64,000 bases of DNA from Gammaproteobacteria bacterium (GCA_965222155.1 CBDCTH010000004.1:544001-608000), one strand, 5' to 3'; counted from the stretch's first letter, positions 1-11,466 are shown. Program-made: numbers and translations. Notes: generated from the letters alone by a model not told the origin.

Positions 1-1053
1 CAGGTATTCGCCCAGTTCTATATCATTGTTGATGTTGTCCAGCTTATCAATTACACCTTGCATATTGGGGAAGCTGTAAAATGTGCCGTCGGAGGCAGTA
101 CATTCAACGCCGGGGATGTCGTTTAAACCGGCATGGACGAAATCATGCCGCTGTTTGAAGATCGCCATACTCTCGTTGATATAGGCCTGGTCGCCGTTCA
201 ACGCGGCGATGGCGGCGTATTGCGAGATGGAAGAAGCATTGGAAGTGCTTTGTGACTGGATTTTTTGTGCCGCTTTAACCAGTGGCAAGGGAGCGCCCAG
301 GTAACCGATGCGCCAACCGGTCATGGAGTAGGCCTTGGAGACACCGTTGACCACAACAGTCCTGTCGTACAGTTCCGGGCAGACGTTGACGATATTTTTA
401 AATCCATCCTGCCCCCACAGGATATGCTCGTAAATATCGTCCGTCAGAATGACTATATCCGGGTATTCCACCAGTACAGTTGCGATTTCCGCCAGTTCCG
501 CCCTGGAATAACTGACCCCGGTGGGGTTCGACGGGCTGTTGATGATGAGCAGGCGCGTCTTGTCGGTGATGAACCTGCCCAGCTGCTTCGGGGTGATTTT
601 GAAACGGTTCTTGATCCCGGCCCTGATCACCACGGGCTCCGCCCCTGCCAGTTTTGCCATGTCCGGATAGGAGACCCAGTAAGGTGAGGGGATAATCACT
701 TCATCACCGGGGTTGAGTAATGCCTGCATCAGGTTGTAGATGCTGTGTTTGGCCCCGCAGGAGACGAGGACCTGGTCCGGTTCGTATGCGAGGGCATTTT
801 CCCGATGAAACTTATCGGCGACGGCCTGTTTGAGGTCGGGCATGCCGCCCGCCGCGGTGTATTTTGTTTTGCCGTCATGGATAGCCTTGATCGCTGCCTC
901 CTTGATATGGGTCGGCGTGTCAAAATCCGGCTCGCCCGCACTCAGGGCAATGATATCCCGGCCAGCCGCCTTTAATTCCGCTGCCTTGGCGGTAACGGCA
1001 AGAGTGGGAGAAGGCTTAATGCTAGTGGCGCGCTGTGCGACTCGAATTTCCAA
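1..1053 (-). CDS. PLP-dependent class I aminotransferase (aspartate aminotransferase-like), truncated by window edge
   Basis: Manual minus-strand translation from TTG at 1053: [47 protein letters not shown]; later [14 protein letters not shown] (PLP-lysine motif); AGAGGA SD upstream. Missing from ORF track because it runs off the edge. Confidence 0.92.
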   Translation of the reverse strand, partial: MEIRVAQRATSIKPSPTLAVTAKAAELKAAGRDIIALSAGEPDFDTPTHIKEAAIKAIHDGKTKYTAAGGMPDLKQAVADKFHRENALAYEPDQVLVSCGAKHSIYNLMQALLNPGDEVIIPSPYWVSYPDMAKLAGAEPVVIRAGIKNRFKITPKQLGRFITDKTRLLIINSPSNPTGVSYSRAELAEIATVLVEYPDIVILTDDIYEHILWGQDGFKNIVNVCPELYDRTVVVNGVSKAYSMTGWRIGYLGAPLPLVKAAQKIQSQSTSNASSISQYAAIAALNGDQAYINESMAIFKQRHDFVHAGLNDIPGVECTASDGTFYSFPNMQGVIDKLDNINNDIELGEYL

Positions 1054-1203
1054 ACTGGTATCCTCTTTTTCGTACAGTTTCAGGCTATAACAAGCTGTGT
1101 GGCACGTTTGTTTGCGTTATCTGCACAGGCGTCAGAAGACGTCTGCTGCCGGGTTCTGCTTCGGGATGACGATTCGTGTATTATAATGCGGATCATTGCG
1201 GCA

Positions 1204-3228
1204 ATGGCAAAGAAATTCAAATTACAGGCTGATTTTTCTCCTGCGGGCGATCAACCCGAGGCCATTGCACAATTATACCATTCTATCCAAAGCGGGATCG
1301 CACAGCAGACACTGCTGGGCGTGACGGGTTCCGGCAAGACCTTTACCATAGCCAACCTGATCGAGAAATTGCAGCGCCCCACGTTGATCCTGGCGCCTAA
1401 CAAGACCCTGGCCGCGCAATTGTACGGCGAGATGCGGGAGTTTTTTCCCGCCAATGCCGTGGGATACTTTGTTTCTTATTACGATTATTACCAGCCGGAA
1501 GCTTATGTCCCTTCCACCGATACCTATATCGAAAAAGACGCATCCATCAATGAGCATATAGAACAGATGCGCTTGTCCGCTACCAAGGCCCTGCTGGAGC
1601 GCCCGGATACCATCATCGTTGCTACCGTTTCCGCCATTTACGGTCTGGGCGATCCCCAGGCCTACCTGAAAATGGTGTTGCACCTGGACCGGGGCGAGAG
1701 GATGGAGCAACGTTTTTTCCTACGCCGGCTTGCCGAGATGCAATATACCCGCAACGAGGTGGAACTGCACCGCGCCACTTACCGGGTTCGGGGCGACATT
1801 ATCGATGTCTATCCGGCTGAATCCGAGCGCGAGGGAATACGGGTCGAGTTGTTTGATGATGAGATTGAGTCCATTTCAATCTTTGATCCGCTGACCGGGG
1901 AAATCTACAAACAGGTCCCGCGCATCACCATACACCCCAAGTCCCATTACGTGACCGAACGCCAGATCATCCTTGATGCTATTGAAGTCATCAGGGAGGA
2001 ACTGTCACTACGGCTGGAGCAATTCCGCCAGACCAATAAGCTGGTCGAATTACAGCGCCTGGAGCAACGCACCCGGTTTGACCTGGAAATGATGATGGAG
2101 ATCGGTTATTGCACCGGGATTGAAAACTACTCCCGCCACCTGTCCGGCAGAAGGCCCGGGGAACCGCCGCCGACCCTGTTTGATTACCTGCCCCATAATG
2201 CCTTGCTGGTGGTGGATGAAAGCCATGTGACCATACCCCAGTTGGGCGCCATGTACCGCGGCGATCGTTCACGCAAGGAAAACCTGGTGGAGTATGGTTT
2301 TCGCCTGCCCTGTGCCCTGGACAACCGGCCGTTGCGCTTCGATGAGTTTGAACACCTCTCACCGCAAATGATTTTTGTGTCGGCAACGCCGGGTCCTTAT
2401 GAGCGTGACCGATCGGGCGAGATTATCGAACAGCTTGTCCGTCCTACGGGTCTGGTTGACCCGGAAGTGGACATACGTCCGGTTGTAACGCAGGTGGACG
2501 ACCTGTTATCGGAAATCCGTATCTGTGAGCAGCGCAATGAGCGGGTGCTGGTTACCACCCTGACCAAGCGCATGGCGGAAGACCTGACCGACTACCTGGC
2601 CGAACATGGCGTCAAGGTGCGCTACCTGCACTCCGACATAGATACGGTGGAGCGGGTTGAGATCATTCGGGATCTGCGCCTGGGGGTTTTTGACGTGCTG
2701 GTCGGGATTAACCTGTTGCGGGAGGGGCTGGACATGCCGGAGGTGTCTTTGGTGGCCATACTGGATGCCGATAAGGAAGGTTTTTTGCGCTCAGAGACGA
2801 CCTTGATCCAGACCGTAGGCCGCGCTGCCCGCAATATCAACGGCAGGGCGATTATGTACGCCGACAGGATGACAGGCTCCATCGAGCGGGCTATCCGGGA
2901 GACCGAGCGGCGCCGTGAAAGACAACGACGATTTAACCAGGCCCACGGTATTACCCCGCAGGGTATACGCAAGGCGGTCACTGACATACTTGAAGGGGCT
3001 TATAGCGATCAGCGCGGCAGGACGCGGCGCTATGCAAAAGTGGCAGAGCAGAAAACCGTTTACATGGAGCTTCCTCCTGACCTGCTGATGAAAAAAATTC
3101 GCCAGTTGGAAGAACAGATGTATCAACATGCCCGCGACCTGGAATTCGAGCGGGCAGCCGAGATACGCGACGAGATCGCGCGCATCAAGGAATTCAGCCT
3201 GGAAATCCACGAGCAGAGAGCCGGTTGA
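1204..3228 (+). CDS. uvrB: Excinuclease ABC subunit B
   Basis: [33 protein letters not shown]-terminal UVR domain; start placed at ATG 1204 (MAKKFKL). Confidence 0.98.
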   Translation: MAKKFKLQADFSPAGDQPEAIAQLYHSIQSGIAQQTLLGVTGSGKTFTIANLIEKLQRPTLILAPNKTLAAQLYGEMREFFPANAVGYFVSYYDYYQPEAYVPSTDTYIEKDASINEHIEQMRLSATKALLERPDTIIVATVSAIYGLGDPQAYLKMVLHLDRGERMEQRFFLRRLAEMQYTRNEVELHRATYRVRGDIIDVYPAESEREGIRVELFDDEIESISIFDPLTGEIYKQVPRITIHPKSHYVTERQIILDAIEVIREELSLRLEQFRQTNKLVELQRLEQRTRFDLEMMMEIGYCTGIENYSRHLSGRRPGEPPPTLFDYLPHNALLVVDESHVTIPQLGAMYRGDRSRKENLVEYGFRLPCALDNRPLRFDEFEHLSPQMIFVSATPGPYERDRSGEIIEQLVRPTGLVDPEVDIRPVVTQVDDLLSEIRICEQRNERVLVTTLTKRMAEDLTDYLAEHGVKVRYLHSDIDTVERVEIIRDLRLGVFDVLVGINLLREGLDMPEVSLVAILDADKEGFLRSETTLIQTVGRAARNINGRAIMYADRMTGSIERAIRETERRRERQRRFNQAHGITPQGIRKAVTDILEGAYSDQRGRTRRYAKVAEQKTVYMELPPDLLMKKIRQLEEQMYQHARDLEFERAAEIRDEIARIKEFSLEIHEQRAG

Positions 3229-3289
3229 CCACTATAACCCGTTGTTTCTTTTGATCGTTGCCTATAACTGATAGTTCTCAGCAAAACCG

Positions 3290-6200
3290 ATGAAACCCCT
3301 TATTTCTGTTACGGATTTATTAATTCTGGGCCTTACCCTGGCGGTGGTGATCATTCTTTTAACCAACAGTGGGGTTGAGGGTGGATACGACCTGTACGGC
3401 GGTGCGGACGCCGACACACTGATTGGTGATTCCGGCGATAACCTGATCTGGGGTGGGGCAGGCGCAGACGCCATAGACGGGAGGGACGGTATGGACACCC
3501 TGGACTACGGTGGGTCGGATGCGGGGGTCAGGGTAAACCTGGCTGCAGGGATGTTTGCTGGCGGCCATGCGGGGGGTGACATGATAACCAATGTCGAGAA
3601 TATTTGGGGGTCTGCTTTTGACGACATTATGACTGGTGACGCCGGTATGAATACGTTCATCGGTGGGCCAGGGGCTGATACCCTGGCAGGAGGGGGAGGT
3701 GATGACAACCTGCGGGGTGGAGAAGGTACTGACAGACTGCATGGCGAGGCCGGAGACGACACCCTGGCAGGCGGTTCCGGAGCCGATATCATTGACGGAG
3801 GAGGTGATCTGGATGCACTGGATTACAGGGAATCCGATGCAGGGGTCAGGGCGAATCTGCTCGATAATATTGTCGCCGGAGGCCATGCCCAGGGTGATCA
3901 TATCAGTGGCATTGAAAATATCTGGGGTTCTGCTTTTGCCGATCTTCTGACTGGCGACAGTGGCAGTAATATTCTGGACGGTGATGCCGGGAGTGACAGG
4001 CTGGATGGTGGAGAAGGCGCAGACATTTTGCGAGGGGGCCAGGATGCGGACGAAATATGGGGGGGTAGTGGTAATGACACGTTAGCTGGCGAGGCGGGCG
4101 CGGACGTGATGGACGGTGGTGAGGGTATTGACATTCTGGACTACAGCGGGTCTTTGGCGGGTGTGGAGGTGGATTTTGTGGCCGGCACGGGAGCCGGGGG
4201 CGATGCTGAAGGGGATCGGATAGTGGCTATGGAGAATGTCTGGGGTTCGCGATTTGCCGACCGTGTGACGGGTAGTGGCGGGGATGATTCGTTCTCGGGC
4301 GATGCGGGCGCAGACGAGTTGGACGGTGGCGCCGGTGATGACCGGTTATGGGGTAATGAGGGGGATGACCGGTTATGGGGCCGTGGCGGCAATGACAGTC
4401 TGGTGGGCGCTGCGGGCGCTGATGAGCTGTACGGGGGTGAAGGTGCTGACAGTCTGCTGGGTGGAGACGGTGATGACAGTCTGCTGGGTGGAGACGGTGA
4501 TGACAGTCTGTCGGGTGGTCCGGGTGCGGACAGTCTGTCGGGCGGTCCGGGTGCGGACAGTCTGGCTGGTGATGCCGGGGCGGATGAGCTGCAAGGCGAT
4601 GCAGGGGCTGACAAGCTCTATGGAGGTGAGGGTGCTGACAGTCTGCTGGGTGGTGAGGGTGCGGATACGCTGGCGGGCGAGGCGGGCGCGGACGTGATGG
4701 ACGGTGGTGAGGGTATTGACATTCTGGACTACAGCGGGTCTTTGGCGGGTGTGGAGGTGGATTTTGTGGCCGGCACGGGAGCCGGGGGCGATGCTGAAGG
4801 GGATCGGATAGTGGCTATGGAGAATGTCTGGGGTTCGCGATTTGCCGACCGTGTGACGGGTAGTGGCGGGGATGATTCGTTCTCGGGCGATGCGGGCGCA
4901 GACGAGTTGGACGGTGGCGCCGGTGATGACCGGTTATGGGGTAATGAGGGGGATGACCGGTTATGGGGCCGTGGCGGCAATGACAGTCTGGTGGGCGCTG
5001 CGGGCGCTGATGAGCTGTACGGGGGTGAAGGTGCTGACAGTCTGCTGGGTGGAGACGGTGATGACAGTCTGCTGGGTGGAGACGGTGATGACAGTCTGTC
5101 GGGTGGTCCGGGTGCGGACAGTCTGTCGGGCGGTCCGGGTGCGGACAGTCTGGCTGGTGATGCCGGGGCGGATGAGCTGCAAGGCGATGCAGGGGCTGAC
5201 AAGCTCTATGGAGGTGAGGGTGCTGACAGTCTGCTGGGTGGTGAGGGTGCGGATACGCTGGCGGGCGAGGCGGGCGCGGACGTGATGGACGGTGGTGAGG
5301 GTATTGACATTCTGGACTACAGCGGGTCTTTGGCGGGTGTGGAGGTGGATTTTGTGGCCGGCACGGGAGCCGGGGGCGATGCTGAAGGGGATCGGATAGT
5401 GGCTATGGAGAATGTCTGGGGTTCGCGATTTGCCGACCGTGTGACGGGTAGTGGCGGGGATGATTCGTTCTCGGGCGATGCGGGCGCAGACGAGTTGGAC
5501 GGTGGCGCCGGTGATGACCGGTTATGGGGTAATGAGGGGGATGACCGGTTATGGGGCCGTGGCGGCAATGACAGTCTGGTGGGCGCTGCGGGCGCTGATG
5601 AGCTGGATGGAGGTGAGGGTGCTGACAGTCTGCTGGGTGGAGACGGTGATGACAGTCTGCTGGGTGGAGACGGTGATGACAGTCTGTCGGGTGGTCCGGG
5701 TGCGGACAGTCTGTCGGGCGGTCCGGGTGCGGACAGTCTGGCTGGTGATGCCGGGGCGGATGAGCTGCAAGGCGATGCAGGGGCTGACAAGCTCTATGGA
5801 GGTGAGGGTGCTGACAGTCTGCTGGGTGGTGAGGGTGCGGATACGCTGGCGGGCGAGGCGGGCGCGGACGTGATGGACGGTGGTGAGGGTATTGACATTC
5901 TGGACTACAGCGGGTCTTTGGCGGGTGTGGAGGTGGATTTTGTGGCCGGCACGGGAGCCGGGGGCGATGCTGAAGGGGATCGGATAGTGGCTATGGAGAA
6001 TGTCTGGGGTTCGCGATTTGCCGACCGTGTGACGGGTAGTGGCGGGGATGATTCGTTCTCGGGCGATGCGGGCGCAGACGAGTTGGACGGTGGCGCCGGT
6101 GATGACCGGTTATGGGGTAATGAGGGGGATGACCGGTTATGGGGCCGTGGCGGCAATGACAGTCTGGTGGGCGCTGCGGGCGCTGATGAGCTGGATGGAG

Positions 6201-9200
6201 GTGAGGGTGCTGACAGTCTGCTGGGTGGAGACGGTGATGACAGTCTGCTGGGTGGAGACGGTGATGACAGTCTGTCGGGTGGTCCGGGTGCGGACAGTCT
6301 GTCGGGCGGTCCGGGTGCGGACAGTCTGGCTGGTGATGCCGGGGCGGATGAGCTGCAAGGCGATGCAGGGGCTGACAAGCTCTATGGAGGTGAGGGTGCT
6401 GACAGTCTGCTGGGTGGTGAGGGTGCGGATACGCTGGCGGGCGAGGCGGGCGCGGACGTGATGGACGGGGGTGAGGGTATTGACATTCTGGACTACAGCG
6501 GGTCTTTGGCGGGTGTGGAGGTGGATTTTGTGGCCGGCACGGGAGCCGGGGGCGATGCTGAAGGGGATCGGATAGTGGCTATGGAGAATGTCTGGGGTTC
6601 GCGATTTGCCGACCGTGTGACGGGTAGTGGCGGGGATGATTCGTTCTCGGGCGATGCGGGCGCAGACGAGTTGGACGGTGGCGCCGGTGATGACCGGTTA
6701 TGGGGTAATGAGGGGGATGACCGGTTATGGGGCCGTGGCGGCAATGACAGTCTGGTGGGCGCTGCGGGCGCTGATGAGCTGGATGGAGGTGAGGGTGCTG
6801 ACAGTCTGCTGGGTGGAGACGGTGATGACAGTCTGCTGGGTGGAGACGGTGATGACAGTCTGTCGGGTGGTCCGGGTGCGGACAGTCTGTCGGGCGGTCC
6901 GGGTGCGGACAGTCTGGCTGGTGATGCCGGGGCGGATGAGCTGCAAGGCGATGCAGGGGCTGACAAGCTCTATGGAGGTGAGGGTGCTGACAGTCTGCTG
7001 GGTGGTGAGGGTGCGGATACGCTGGCGGGCGAGGCGGGCGCGGACGTGATGGACGGTGGTGAGGGTATTGACATTCTGGACTACAGCGGGTCTTTGGCGG
7101 GTGTGGAGGTGGATTTTGTGGCCGGCACGGGAGCCGGGGGCGATGCTGAAGGGGATCGGATAGTGGCTATGGAGAATGTCTGGGGTTCGCGATTTGCCGA
7201 CCGTGTGACGGGTAGTGGCGGGGATGATTCGTTCTCGGGCGATGCGGGCGCAGACGAGTTGGACGGTGGCGCCGGTGATGACCGGTTATGGGGTAATGAG
7301 GGGGATGACCGGTTATGGGGCCGTGGCGGCAATGACAGTCTGGTGGGCGCTGCGGGCGCTGATGAGCTGGATGGAGGTGAGGGTGCTGACAGTCTGCTGG
7401 GTGGAGACGGTGATGACAGTCTGCTGGGTGGAGACGGTGATGACAGTCTGTCGGGTGGTCCGGGTGCGGACAGTCTGTCGGGCGGTCCGGGTGCGGACAG
7501 TCTGGCTGGTGATGCTGGGGCGGATGAGCTGCAAGGCGATGCAGGGGCTGACAAGCTCTATGGAGGTGAGGGTGCTGACAGTCTGCTGGGTGGTGAGGGT
7601 GCGGATACGCTGGCGGGCGAGGCGGGCGCGGACGTGATGGACGGTGGTGAGGGTATTGACATTCTGGACTACAGCGGGTCTTTGGCGGGTGTGGAGGTGG
7701 ATTTTGTGGCCGGCACGGGAGCCGGGGGCGATGCTGAAGGGGATCGGATAGTGGCTATGGAGAATGTCTGGGGTTCGCGATTTGCCGACCGTGTGACGGG
7801 TAGTGGCGGGGATGATTCGTTCTCGGGCGATGCGGGCGCAGACGAGTTGGACGGTGGCGCCGGTGATGACCGGTTATGGGGTAATGAGGGGGATGACCGG
7901 TTATGGGGCCGTGGCGGCAATGACAGTCTGGTGGGCGCTGCGGGCGCTGATGAGCTGGATGGAGGTGAGGGTGCTGACAGTCTGCTGGGTGGAGACGGTG
8001 ATGACAGTCTGCTGGGTGGAGACGGTGATGACAGTCTGTCGGGTGGTCCGGGTGCGGACAGTCTGTCGGGCGGTCCGGGTGCGGACAGTCTGGCTGGTGA
8101 TGCTGGGGCGGATGAGCTGCAAGGCGATGCAGGGGCTGACAAGCTCTATGGAGGTGAGGGTGCTGACAGTCTGCTGGGTGGTGAGGGTGCGGATACGCTG
8201 GCGGGCGAGGCGGGCGCGGACGTGATGGACGGGGGTGAGGGTATTGACATTCTGGACTACAGCGGGTCTTTGGCGGGTGTGGAGGTGGATTTTGTGGCCG
8301 GCACGGGAGCCGGGGGCGATGCTGAAGGGGATCGGATAGTGGCTATGGAGAATGTCTGGGGTTCGCGATTTGCCGACCGTGTGACGGGTAGTGGCGGGGA
8401 TGATTCGTTCTCGGGCGATGCGGGCGCAGACGAGTTGGACGGTGGCGCCGGTGATGACCGGTTATGGGGTAATGAGGGGGATGACCGGTTATGGGGCCGT
8501 GGCGGCAATGACAGTCTGGTGGGCGCTGCGGGCGCTGATGAGCTGGATGGAGGTGAGGGTGCTGACAGTCTGCTGGGTGGAGACGGTGATGACAGTCTGC
8601 TGGGTGGAGACGGTGATGACAGTCTGTCGGGTGGTCCGGGTGCGGACGTGATTGACGGGGGTGAGGGTCTGGATACGCTGGATTACAGCCGCTCGCCGGT
8701 GGGTGTAAAGGTGGATTTTGTGGCCGGCACGGGGACCGGGGGTGAGGCCGAGGGGGACAGGGTTGTTAATATTGAGAATGTTTGGGGTTCGCGATTTGCA
8801 GACTCCTTTACAGGCAGTGAAAACGTTGTTTCGATATCAGGGCTTAATGGAAATGACGTTGTGGACGGAGGTGCGGGAAATGACAGGCTGTCGGGAGGTG
8901 ATGGCAACGACATTTTGCGAGGCCGCGGGGGTGACGACAGACTCCTGGGTGAAGCAGGCTCGGACGAATTGTTCGGTGGAAGCGGTGACGACGGACTGAG
9001 CGGCGATGACGGTGATGATGTAATCTCCGGTGACGAAGGCGTCGACAGGTTGTCCGGCGGCAATGGGAGTGACAGATTCACCTTTGTCAAAGGGGATAAC
9101 GGTACCGATACTATTACCGACTTCGTGAACACAGAGGATCGCATTGACCTGTCCGGTTTTGCCGGTTTGTCTTTCAATGACCTGATAATATCGGTTGAGT

Positions 9201-9307
9201 CCGAAGACAGCGTAATTGATCTGACCGGTCATGGTGGCGGCAGAATAGTCCTGCAGGATGTGGATGTCTCCGACCTGGACGCGCCGGATTTCCTGTTTGC
9301 CCGATAA
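3290..9307 (+). CDS. Giant RTX-type calcium-binding repeat protein (putative adhesin/surface protein)
   Basis: Dozens of GGxGxDxLx nonapeptides, DxLDYS...ENVWGS modules, C-terminal GxDTITDF...DRIDLS...DFLF resembling type I secretion substrates. Confidence 0.9.
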   Translation: MKPLISVTDLLILGLTLAVVIILLTNSGVEGGYDLYGGADADTLIGDSGDNLIWGGAGADAIDGRDGMDTLDYGGSDAGVRVNLAAGMFAGGHAGGDMITNVENIWGSAFDDIMTGDAGMNTFIGGPGADTLAGGGGDDNLRGGEGTDRLHGEAGDDTLAGGSGADIIDGGGDLDALDYRESDAGVRANLLDNIVAGGHAQGDHISGIENIWGSAFADLLTGDSGSNILDGDAGSDRLDGGEGADILRGGQDADEIWGGSGNDTLAGEAGADVMDGGEGIDILDYSGSLAGVEVDFVAGTGAGGDAEGDRIVAMENVWGSRFADRVTGSGGDDSFSGDAGADELDGGAGDDRLWGNEGDDRLWGRGGNDSLVGAAGADELYGGEGADSLLGGDGDDSLLGGDGDDSLSGGPGADSLSGGPGADSLAGDAGADELQGDAGADKLYGGEGADSLLGGEGADTLAGEAGADVMDGGEGIDILDYSGSLAGVEVDFVAGTGAGGDAEGDRIVAMENVWGSRFADRVTGSGGDDSFSGDAGADELDGGAGDDRLWGNEGDDRLWGRGGNDSLVGAAGADELYGGEGADSLLGGDGDDSLLGGDGDDSLSGGPGADSLSGGPGADSLAGDAGADELQGDAGADKLYGGEGADSLLGGEGADTLAGEAGADVMDGGEGIDILDYSGSLAGVEVDFVAGTGAGGDAEGDRIVAMENVWGSRFADRVTGSGGDDSFSGDAGADELDGGAGDDRLWGNEGDDRLWGRGGNDSLVGAAGADELDGGEGADSLLGGDGDDSLLGGDGDDSLSGGPGADSLSGGPGADSLAGDAGADELQGDAGADKLYGGEGADSLLGGEGADTLAGEAGADVMDGGEGIDILDYSGSLAGVEVDFVAGTGAGGDAEGDRIVAMENVWGSRFADRVTGSGGDDSFSGDAGADELDGGAGDDRLWGNEGDDRLWGRGGNDSLVGAAGADELDGGEGADSLLGGDGDDSLLGGDGDDSLSGGPGADSLSGGPGADSLAGDAGADELQGDAGADKLYGGEGADSLLGGEGADTLAGEAGADVMDGGEGIDILDYSGSLAGVEVDFVAGTGAGGDAEGDRIVAMENVWGSRFADRVTGSGGDDSFSGDAGADELDGGAGDDRLWGNEGDDRLWGRGGNDSLVGAAGADELDGGEGADSLLGGDGDDSLLGGDGDDSLSGGPGADSLSGGPGADSLAGDAGADELQGDAGADKLYGGEGADSLLGGEGADTLAGEAGADVMDGGEGIDILDYSGSLAGVEVDFVAGTGAGGDAEGDRIVAMENVWGSRFADRVTGSGGDDSFSGDAGADELDGGAGDDRLWGNEGDDRLWGRGGNDSLVGAAGADELDGGEGADSLLGGDGDDSLLGGDGDDSLSGGPGADSLSGGPGADSLAGDAGADELQGDAGADKLYGGEGADSLLGGEGADTLAGEAGADVMDGGEGIDILDYSGSLAGVEVDFVAGTGAGGDAEGDRIVAMENVWGSRFADRVTGSGGDDSFSGDAGADELDGGAGDDRLWGNEGDDRLWGRGGNDSLVGAAGADELDGGEGADSLLGGDGDDSLLGGDGDDSLSGGPGADSLSGGPGADSLAGDAGADELQGDAGADKLYGGEGADSLLGGEGADTLAGEAGADVMDGGEGIDILDYSGSLAGVEVDFVAGTGAGGDAEGDRIVAMENVWGSRFADRVTGSGGDDSFSGDAGADELDGGAGDDRLWGNEGDDRLWGRGGNDSLVGAAGADELDGGEGADSLLGGDGDDSLLGGDGDDSLSGGPGADVIDGGEGLDTLDYSRSPVGVKVDFVAGTGTGGEAEGDRVVNIENVWGSRFADSFTGSENVVSISGLNGNDVVDGGAGNDRLSGGDGNDILRGRGGDDRLLGEAGSDELFGGSGDDGLSGDDGDDVISGDEGVDRLSGGNGSDRFTFVKGDNGTDTITDFVNTEDRIDLSGFAGLSFNDLIISVESEDSVIDLTGHGGGRIVLQDVDVSDLDAPDFLFAR
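4088..8647 (+). repeat. 588-bp (196-aa) tandem repeat, 7 full copies plus a partial eighth
   Basis: Unit starts GGCGAGGCGGGCGCGGACGTG at 4088, 4676, ... 8204; shadow ORFs recur with exact 588-bp spacing. Confidence 0.97.
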
Positions 9308-9325
9308 TTCAGTTCATTGTATACT
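9297..9325 (+). promoter_or_regulatory. Putative sigma70 promoter for tRNA-Val/thrS
   Basis: TTGCCC-17 nt-TATACT just upstream of the tRNA. Confidence 0.45.
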
Positions 9326-9336
9326 ATAACATTCAA

Positions 9337-9413
9337 AGGCGCGTAGCTCAGTTGGTTAGAGCACTACCTCGACACGGTAGGGGTCGTTGGTTCGAATCCA
9401 ATCGCGCCTACCA
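9337..9413 (+). tRNA. tRNA-Val(GAC)
   Basis: AGGCGCG/CGCGCCT acceptor stem, D arm GCTC/GAGC, anticodon stem CTACC/GGTAG with loop TC-GAC-AC, TTCGAAT T-loop, encoded CCA. Confidence 0.95.
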
Positions 9414-9524
9414 GACGTTAAGCCCGCATCCTGTTATGAAGGATGCGGATTACAAAACGCGACATTGATTATCTCTAACCCGGATATTGCATCAGTCGAT
9501 GCGATAATCACGCCGGGTAAACAC

Positions 9525-9545
9525 GTGGCCTGTTGTGGGGGCCAC
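9525..9545 (+). promoter_or_regulatory. Putative thrS translational operator (tRNA-Thr anticodon-arm mimic)
   Basis: Stem GTGGCCT/GGGCCAC with 7-nt loop GT-TGT-GG (UGU is a Thr anticodon), just upstream of the thrS SD. Confidence 0.5.
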
Positions 9546-9564
9546 CACTGATGAAGGAGAAGAT

Positions 9565-11466
9565 ATGCCTGTTATTACCCTGCCTGACGGCAGTCAGCGC
9601 AGCTACGAGCAACCCTTATCCATACTGGATATTGCCGCAGATATCGGGCCTGGCCTGGCCCGGGCGACCCTGGCAGCCGAAGTTGACGGCAGGTTGACCG
9701 ATGCTTCCCACCTGATTGACGCTGATGCAGCCCTGCGCATTATTACCAGCCGGGATGAAGAAGGTCTGGAAGTATTGCGCCACTCCTGCGCGCACCTGAT
9801 GGCGCAGGCGGTGAAAGAATTGTTTCCGCAGGCACAGGTGACAATCGGTCCCGTTATTGAAGACGGTTTTTACTATGATTTTGCCTTTGAGCGGTCGTTT
9901 ACCCCGGAAGATCTTGCTGCAATAGAAGAAAAGATGACGGATCTGGCCCGCCAGGACCTCAGTGTCAGGCGCTCTGTCATGCCACGGGATGAAGCTGTTG
10001 CTTTCTTTCGTGGACTGGGAGAGGAATACAAGGCGCAGATCATCGAATCCATTCCTGCAGATGAGGAATTGTCACTGTACCGGCAGGGCGAGTTCATTGA
10101 CCTCTGCCGTGGTCCTCATGTGCCCAGTACCGGCAAACTCACGGCGTTCAAGCTGACCAAGCTGGCAGGGGCTTACTGGCGCGGCGATTCCAATAATGAA
10201 ATGTTACAACGAATCTACGGGACGGCCTGGCCTGACAGGAAGGCCTTAAAGCAATACCTGCATCGCCTGGAACAAGCGGAGAAACGCGACCACCGTAAAC
10301 TGGGGCGTAAACAGGACCTGTTCCATTTCCAGGAAGAAGCGCCGGGCCTGGTATTCTGGCATCCCAGGGGTTGGACGCTGTATGGCATCGTCAGGGATTA
10401 TATCCACGCTAAACTGGCTGGAAAGGGCTACCAGGAAATCAACACGCCGCAGGTGTTGGACCGCAGTTTATGGGAGAAATCCGGCCATTGGGACAAGTTT
10501 CACGCGGATATGTTTACCACCAGTTCGGAAAATCGCGATTACGCTATTAAACCCATGAACTGTCCCGGTCATATACAGGTGTTCAACCAGGGTTTGAAAA
10601 GCTACCGGGACTTGCCGCTACGCTTTTCGGAATTCGGTTCCTGCCATCGGAATGAAGCCTCGGGGACCTTGCATGGCCTGATGCGGGTCAGGGGGTTTAC
10701 CCAGGATGACGCTCATATCTTTTGTAGTGAAGCTCAAATCCAGTCGGAAGTCTCCGATTTTATCGACTTGTTATTCGAGGTTTACGCTGATTTCGGCTTC
10801 CACGAGGTGATTATGAAGTTATCCACCCGACCGGGAAACCGCGTAGGTGATGATGCGATCTGGGACAAGGCCGAGCAGGCCCTGGAGCAGGCGCTCAATG
10901 CCAAGGGGGTGGATTGGGGGTTGCAGCCGGGTGAAGGCGCGTTTTATGGCCCCAAAATCGACTTTTCCCTGAAAGACAGCATTGGCCGGGTGTGGCAATG
11001 CGGCACTATACAGGCGGATTTTTCCATGCCGGGTCGTTTGGGTGCACAGTATGTGGATGATAGCAGTGAAAAAAAGGTTCCTGTCATGCTGCATCGGGCA
11101 ATCCTGGGTTCATTGGAGCGCTTCATAGGAATTATCATTGAACATTACGCAGGTTCGTTCCCGCTATGGCTGGCGCCGGTACAGGTTGTCGTGGCTTCAA
11201 TTACGCAACATCAGGCAGATTATGCCCTGTCCGTGGCGCAAACCGTGAAAGATCAAGGTTTCCGGGTAAATACAGACTTGAGAAATGAAACAATCAACCT
11301 TAAAATCCGTGAACACGCGCTGCAACGCGTGCCTTACCAGTTGATTATCGGCGCCCGTGAGATGGAAAGTAATACGGTAGCCGTTCGTACTCGTGACGGA
11401 AAAGACTTAGGTGTGTTATCATTGGCCGATTTTATGGCTCGGTTGATTGAGAATGGAGCGAATTAA
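9565..11466 (+). CDS. thrS: Threonine--tRNA ligase
   Basis: [38 protein letters not shown]; AAGGAG SD before ATG 9565. Confidence 0.98.
   Translation: MPVITLPDGSQRSYEQPLSILDIAADIGPGLARATLAAEVDGRLTDASHLIDADAALRIITSRDEEGLEVLRHSCAHLMAQAVKELFPQAQVTIGPVIEDGFYYDFAFERSFTPEDLAAIEEKMTDLARQDLSVRRSVMPRDEAVAFFRGLGEEYKAQIIESIPADEELSLYRQGEFIDLCRGPHVPSTGKLTAFKLTKLAGAYWRGDSNNEMLQRIYGTAWPDRKALKQYLHRLEQAEKRDHRKLGRKQDLFHFQEEAPGLVFWHPRGWTLYGIVRDYIHAKLAGKGYQEINTPQVLDRSLWEKSGHWDKFHADMFTTSSENRDYAIKPMNCPGHIQVFNQGLKSYRDLPLRFSEFGSCHRNEASGTLHGLMRVRGFTQDDAHIFCSEAQIQSEVSDFIDLLFEVYADFGFHEVIMKLSTRPGNRVGDDAIWDKAEQALEQALNAKGVDWGLQPGEGAFYGPKIDFSLKDSIGRVWQCGTIQADFSMPGRLGAQYVDDSSEKKVPVMLHRAILGSLERFIGIIIEHYAGSFPLWLAPVQVVVASITQHQADYALSVAQTVKDQGFRVNTDLRNETINLKIREHALQRVPYQLIIGAREMESNTVAVRTRDGKDLGVLSLADFMARLIENGAN

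Noticed and set aside
1054-1203. LexA box upstream of uvrB
   Set aside because: No CTGT-N8-ACAG match found
4141-8651. Recurring 157-, 140- and 73-aa ORFs within the RTX gene
   Set aside because: Alternative-frame and antisense shadows of the 588-bp repeat
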